Shown here piece after piece: positions 56,643-64,000 of a DNA stretch of 64,000 nucleotides. Made by a program: the position numbers and the translations under genes. The DNA is taken from assembly GCF_009914755.1 (NCBI RefSeq), contig NC_060944.1. One strand, 5' to 3'. The stretch's first letter is position 1, and every line of letters starts with the position of its first letter. The notes beneath the pieces were generated by a model. The model searched no databases and was not told the origin of the DNA. It saw only the letters and a program-made list of their open reading frames with translations. Source of the DNA: the human T2T-CHM13v2.0 reference genome, Homo sapiens.

Positions 56643-59600
56643 TAACTTACTTTTCACTCTTATATCAGTTTTCACACTATTTCATTTTATCCCATTAGCA
56701 AACCTCTAAAATAGGTGAGTCATTTTACAAATGAAGAAATTTAGCCTTGGAGGGGTGATATGGTTGTCCAGGAGCACCCACCTAGTTAGGGTCATGGTAT
56801 ATTCTGCATCCTGGGGCTGATGTCCTTTTGCACCAATATGCTGCTGCCAGCAGGTTTTCATCATCAAAACTAGTCCCCCTCTCCTCCCTGTATGTTTTAG
56901 CTTGCAGGGGCACTTCCAAACTGGAAGGCCCACGAGCATCACCTGGGATCCTGTGCAAGCAGACCTGCAGAATCTGATTCGGCAGGTCCAAGGTAGGGAC
57001 TAAGAGTCTGCATTTCTAACTCCGACAAGCTCCTCGGGGACGTGGCTGCTGGTTGGGGGTCCCCATCTTAAAGAGCAAGGGCATAGAGGATTTTCAAATG
57101 AGTATTATGCGAAGTAAAAGTACTCTTCTGCCTAGAATGCTGACCCCACGCCAGGGACTGTGCTAAGCACTTCACAGGCATTTGCTCCTTGTGATAACCC
57201 TACCAGGTAGATACCATGGTTATCCTGATTTTGCAGATGAGCTATGTGAAACTCGGAGAGGTTAAGGAGCTTGTCTATAGGAACTCGGCCAGCAAGTAGA
57301 GATAGGGAGATTCAGGCTGGCCAGCCCCCACCCCCAAATCCAACCAGTGTCCTAGCCCCTCTCATGATGACACAGGAACCTTTGAACTGGGACCCAATGA
57401 CTTGGGAGCCACGTGTCGCCATGCAGAGAGAACTTGATGCATGTTTCTACCACACACAGGTCCAGATGTTCCCAGCAGAGTTTCCAGAGAGATGTCATAA
57501 AAATCAAAAGGCACAATTAATTCTTTAACTTGCTATAAATTTTCCAAAGTCTGTGAGTAGCCCTGGGGAGTGCATCAAAGAGGTAAGTTACTAAAGCATC
57601 CGTTTCCCTAGTGAACAACCCTGAACGCTGGGGTGCCACTGTCTCCTCCGCGACCACTTTCTCAGATTCTCAAGTGGGAACTCACCAGATGTTTTAAGCG
57701 GCAGGACAGTCATGTTTGAAAATGCTTAATTGTTGGAAGTAAAAGCACACCATGATTTTAGCTCATCTGTTAATTCATTTATCGATTTTCACCCCCATCC
57801 CCAAGGCAGAATCCCTGCAGTACTTGATTCTCTGAGTCCTGAGAAGTTGTTGCCTGTTGTCCTTATTTAAGATGAACTTTTGAATTTAATTTTGAAATCT
57901 TTCTATAGAGGCTGGGTGCTAAAACATACGCTAGCCTCTCTGGCTGAAAACATTTTTTAATTCACGCTCACCTCCACTAAAATCCATTCTCCACATAGCA
58001 GCTAGTGCAATTATTTAAAAATATAAATCAGATTATATTACACTTCTGCTCAAAACTCTTCAGTGTCTCCCATTACCTTTTGAATAAAAGCCCAGTTCCT
58101 TACCCAGCCCTGCTAAACTCTAGTCATCTGATCTCTTCTGCTAACTCTCCAGCCTCCCCTTACACCATGCCTCTGCCCCGCCCCAAACCAGACTCGCATT
58201 TGCCATATGCTCCTCTCTGCCCCAGGGCCTTTGCAACCACTGTTCCCCTTGCCTCGGGTCTCTACCTCAGATCTTCCTGGCACATGCTCCTTCTTATCAG
58301 CCTCCAGCCCAAATCCTCAGAGATGCCTTCCCTGACTGCGCTCTCTAAAGGAGGACCTCAGTCACTCACACCATCACTGTTTTATCACAGCTCTTATTAC
58401 TATTTTATATTTTCTTGTTAATTTATTTGATTAATTCTCATCAATCTCTCTCACCAGAAAGTAGTGCCTAGGAGATAAAAATAGTCAATAAAAATATGTG
58501 ACTTTATTAACACATTTAAATATGAGCTCAAATCTAACCAAAGAGAATATAGCACACTGGAGATTCTCAAATTTTGGTGACTGTCAGCACCATGTGAAGT
58601 TTGAGAAAGACAGCCTGTTCCCTGAATCTCATGATCCAATAGATCAGAGGTCATCTCCAGATATCTGAAAATTTTAAAATCCACAGGTGATTTTCCGAGT
58701 TTGGTATACACGGTGTATGATGTACACCAAACTCAGAAAACCACCAAAACCAACAAGTTCTGATTATTATCCTTAAAGAATAACAAAAATCAACACCTCA
58801 GGAGCTTACATGTCTGCCCTATCACCCCTTCCTGTCATCCTTTCAGGTCGGGGTGTCACCTACCTTAAATTAATGTTGGATCATCCAAAAACCAAGGCAA
58901 ATCTAGAAACTTGGAAGAACCAGATAACGAAATGCAGAATACAAGATAAACCCTTCAATCAGAGAACTCAACCTTTCATATCTAAGAGCATTTATTTAGG
59001 AGCCAAATCAACAAAAATAATAACAAAAGACATGATATGGTGTTTATTATGTGGCTGATACTTTACTAAGCACCTAGGTATATTAACTTATTTAATCCTC
59101 GCCAAAACCCCGTAAGGCAGGCACTTTTACCTCTTGTCCTATAGATAAGGAATCTGTGGATCACAGACGTGAATCATCTTGACTGTCTTGACCGATACTA
59201 CTCAGCAGGGATGAGGCAGAGCTGAGATGATTGGAAAATGACCACTAACGCTACAGGCTTAAAGAAGCACTTACACATTGAATCCACTTTTCTTTAATCA
59301 TCAGAGATGTGGATAAAAACCAACACACAAGGACACCCAAGGCGGTAGTGCCAGCAAGGGAAAAAAAGGCTTTGGAGGAGGAGCCAGGCAGCGCTGGGTG
59401 TGCATCCTTAGGCAAGTCTCTTGACCTCTGGGCACCTCATTGGCTTATCTGCAAGGTGGGAGCTCCACCTACTTACATGGCAGCAAGCAGCTGTGATGAT
59501 TCAGTGAAGTATAACAATGTCCAAAAATAATTAGCACGTGAACTTCACGTCCCCTTTCCCCTTCACTTGCTGGACTCTAGACATTTCTGAAGTTGCCTGC

Positions 59601-59962
59601 AGTTTTCCTGCCCCTCGTCTCTGAGGTTCCTGAAAACAGCAGTTATTAATGAGGGGAAGGAGAGGAGAAGGTGAAAGTTTAGCCTAATGTTTCTACAAGT
59701 ACAAAGTGAATTCCACGGGAGGCATACAAGATGGTTTGTGATGAGTACACATATCAACACGTGCCCACTTTTTTTTCACAGAATAACTTTCCAAGTAAAC
59801 AACAATTTGAATATTTTAAAGTGTATTAACATAATATGTATGTCTGAATGTATATTATATTGTTTATAAAACTCATGATTTTTAAAATAGTATTGCTAAA
59901 CATGAGACTTGAGTGGTACCTGCAAAGAAAGAAGTGAGTTGACTAGGATAAAATTAAATAAA

Positions 59963-60393
59963 GCCGGCGATGTGGCTCACACCTGTAATCCCAGCACCTC
60001 GGAAGGCTGAGGTGGGTGGATTACCTGAGGCCAGGAGTTCGAGACCAGCCTAGCCAACATGGTGAAACCCCGTCTCTACTAAAAAACACAAAAACTTGCT
60101 GGGTATGGTGGAGCACGCCTGTAATCTCAGCACCTTGGGAGGCTGAGGTGGGTGGATTACTTGAGGCCAGGAGTTCGAGACCAGCCTAGCCAACATGGTG
60201 AAACCCTGTCTCTACTAAAAAATACAAAAATTAGCTGGGCACGGTGGAGCATGCTTGTAATCTCAGCTACTCAGGAGACTGAGGCACAAGAATCACTTGA
60301 ACCCAGGAGGCAGAGGTTGCAGTGAGTCAAGATCGCACCACTGCACTCCAGCCTGGGCAATAGAGCAAGACTGTCTCCAAAGGAAAAAAAAAA
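59963..60393 (+). mobile_element. Three-arm Alu (AluS with an internal ~136-bp tandem duplication)
   Basis: The left-arm/linker/right-arm-start block occurs twice; AAAATTAAAT on both flanks. Confidence 0.9.
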
Positions 60394-60714
60394 TTAAATT
60401 AATGGGATACAGGCATTTTAAAATTCAGAATAGGAATGTTTGAAAAATTGAAGTTTGAGAAAACCTATGCTCAAAATAAAACCATTAGAGGAGAGGGGGA
60501 GTAAGGCCCAGAAATAAGGCAGGAGAGGAGAGGAAGTCAAGAATACCACTGAGACTGGGGCAAGAAAGAAGCTGCCATCCATGTGATGGGTCCACAGAGA
60601 AGGATAGATCGAGTCAGGATTCTCAAGCAGTTTGGCTGTGCAATTGGCACGTATTCTCTGACCCCTTGGCATTCTCTGGAGAGAATGCACTAAATATTTT
60701 CACTGCATTTCACC

Positions 60715-60900
60715 TGAGTTTCTCAGCCTCAACATCACTGACATTTGGAAGCAGCTCATTCTCTGTTGTAGGAGGCTGTCCTGTGCTGTTAGCATGTTTA
60801 GTAGCATCTCCGGCCTCTACCCATGAGATGCCAGTAACTCCCCAAATCCTAACACATGACAAAAATGTCTCCAGACATTGCCAAATGTTCTCAGGGGGAT
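60715..60900. mobile_element. MER20
   Basis: TTTCTCAGCCTC..ACTGACATTTGG..GGCTGTCCTGTGC..AAAAATGTCTCCAGACATTGCCAAATGT. Confidence 0.85.
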
Positions 60901-61341
60901 GAAATGGCCTGCATTACCCTCATTTTGTTCCTCTCCACCTTATTTCTTTGACTGTGATGCCACATTGGGACAGAACCACATGGGGGCCTGATTTTATGCA
61001 GGCTGCCAAGGTGGTGTATGTGAACATCCAATCACATGCCTGGAAAATAGTGCTCAGAAAAAGGTGCTATTGTACTACGTTAAATAATCCACTAATTCAA
61101 AAGAGCAAAGGGAGCATGTTAAGCCCTTATGTGTCACATTAACATGGACCACCTTAAACCAAGCTTTCTGGGATGAGCAAAATGGCTTCAGCAATGCTCC
61201 CCAGGCCCCAGAGACTCCCCATCAGAGAATTTACTACACTGTTTCATTTTTCTGCTAACTTCTCCTTTCTACCAGGCTGTTAACCAAAAGTTGAAAGCAT
61301 ATTAGGACACGGATAAATTCAACAAATGGCTGAGTGAGATT

Positions 61342-61742
<401 letters not shown>

Positions 61743-64000
61743 TTACTTGCTGTGTGATGATCACTGAGGTTCAGCCTCCTCACCTGTAAAATGGGATAAT
61801 AATGACCATGCACTTTAAAACCTGTTTTAAAAAGCAAAGTAAAATCAATGCAAAGGACCCCACATGGCAGCTGAAATAAAAGGCGCACAATAAATGCTCT
61901 CTGTATCCAGCACAAATGATAAGCAAACCCTGGACACAATCTCCTTGGTGGTCAGGATTTCTCTGGAAAGAATTTCAGCCTCCGTTTCAACAGTCACCAA
62001 GGACAAGTGCAAGGTTGTCACTTTTAGACTAAGAAGTGATGCAAAGTAAGCTCTCATGAGCCAAGTGGGAATCCAGCAGCTGCTAAATGGGAATTTTATT
62101 TTATAATTAAATTCTTCATTATTTGGCATAACAGGGGCTTTGGCAGGGGGGTTCGTAGCATTCTATATGCTATCCATTTGTGAACATTTGTTAAGCTTTT
62201 GTTTCTGAAAACTTTGTAAGAACTTACAAAATGTTCTTTCAAATGCTCCATTTTGCCATCTTGTTAATTAGGCCGTGCTGAAATCAAGTCTACACCCCCA
62301 GAGCTCTCTGCTGAGTGGAAGCAAAGAATTTGGCTAATGATATGAGCTGCTCAAGCCAGAAACACACATTTCCCATGAAATACCCCAATAATCAGTTCAT
62401 TTCTCTAAGCACTCTACAGAGCACAGGCCTAAGCACCGAAATAGATACATGTACAATCCTGCCAGTGTGTTTGTTTTTTATTAGGGGGAAAGAATCCTTC
62501 CTAGTGTTTTTCTCATTGCTTCTGTGATGTGTGCTGGATTTTGAAGAGGCTGGCACATCCCACTCAGCATCAGAAAGAACACAGAGCAAAGTCACAGGTG
62601 GTCCTCAGGGTAACTATCAGAGAGTGGCTGTGAAGGACTCTGTTTATCAGGAAAGAAGAAACTGTTTCCTCACCCTGAAAAGATGCGGGTGCCAAGTGGA
62701 GGAAACCAAGCTGAAATTCAGGAGAGCCTGGGACCAGGCGTGGCTCAAGGCTCGTATGACATGAGCAAGTCTATTGTTATCTTGTGGGTTTCAGTCATAC
62801 CATCTACGCGACTGGCAGAGCTGGATTCCGAATCCAATGTGTGGTTTTCAACCCTCATCCTTGTCTGTGGTGGTCACAGGTCACGGCTGCCACAGCACTG
62901 TGTTTCAGGTGAAACAAACTCCACCTCAACACCAGCCCCAAGGCAAGTGTCTGGCCCACACCTGACCAACTGGAGTCCTCTATCTCTTGGCCACAGCAGC
63001 CAGGTCCATGACCTAAGACAGCCTGGGGAGACTCAATAATACCATCCTTGAAATACTAAGACAAAGAGAGGACTTCCTCCCCCAAGCCTTTTGTTACCAA
63101 GCTACCTGAGGCTTAAGGAGTGAGGGACCAGTCTATTAGAGGATGAAGCCAACATCAAAGAAAGCAGGCAAAAGAAAGAGAGGAGATTTTTGATCCTAGA
63201 ATTTGAGCACCATGATCCAGCTACGCCTGAAGCTAGTCCAGAATTTCAGTTACTGAGCTATTTGTCATTTTTAACCAACAGTATTCTGACACATGTGGAG
63301 ACCAATGTATTGATTCTTCAGAGGCCAGTGTCAGTGTTAAGGGGGACAAGAAGAAACCAGGTCAGGGAAAGGGGAGAATAGAGGGACCTTGAGTGAGAAG
63401 AATGGCTCCAAGCTCAATGAGACCACCTCTATCTCGATCTGCTTTGCATAGTGAGTTTACACATTTTCAAAAAAGAATTAGCTGAAAACCACATAAACAA
63501 AAGCAAACCCCTAGAGTAGATGATTTAAAGTAACGTCTGATCTGCTGTCCTATTTATACTAAGAATAAACAGGCAGAACTTCACTGAAACATTTCTAATT
63601 AAAGTATGAAAATGAAGGTAGAAAATTGAACAACAGAACCAGCATTTCTACTGTGTTTAGCCACTGGTTTCCTTTTTGGTGACCCCCATGATTTCTGGAT
63701 GGCACTGCACCAAACCATTTCTCATGTGCTATGGTAACTATAAAATATAATAACATTAAGACAAGCTGGGTTTTCTTGGCAGCCAAATGGCTAGGGAAAG
63801 ACAGGTTTCCAATGGGTGGAGGCTCTAAGATGCTCAGTGAGTGGCTGCATCTCCAGGGTTTGTGGACCAGCCAGTGAAGAGCTCAGAGTCTTTGCAGAAG
63901 AAGGCAAAGGATGGTGATTCAGAGCTGCATGGAGGAAAGTGGAGAGAAGAAATGAGGAGGGCTTAGAAGTCTCATGGTGATGTCTCCTAAGCTGTTTGCT

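Overview
Primate, almost certainly human, genomic DNA at the MC3R locus (20q13.2, from recognition of the protein). The only protein-coding gene is the melanocortin-3 receptor (+ strand, 53747/53858-54829), whose CDS has no intron. It has a 248-nt 5'-UTR intron (53471-53718) and a 27-codon uORF in the upstream exon. The rest is repeat-rich intergenic DNA: about 15 Alu/FLAM elements, a 5'-truncated L1PA, old L1M/L2/DNA-transposon relics, a 5S rRNA pseudogene, and a dense cluster of solo ERV LTRs between ~6.6 and 34 kb, several nested with intact target-site duplications. The most notable observations are: (i) an exact 26-bp forkhead+GATA direct repeat on both sides of the MC3R coding exon; (ii) four co-oriented MER41 LTRs carrying five intact STAT GAS sites, one fused by nested insertion to an AP-1-rich LTR10; (iii) a distant TACTAAC branch point with a ~128-nt AG-free zone in the MC3R 5'-UTR intron; (iv) a 25-bp stem whose only mismatches become G-U pairs on the minus strand. 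Repeat subfamily names were assigned by eye from remembered consensus sequences and need RepeatMasker/Dfam confirmation.
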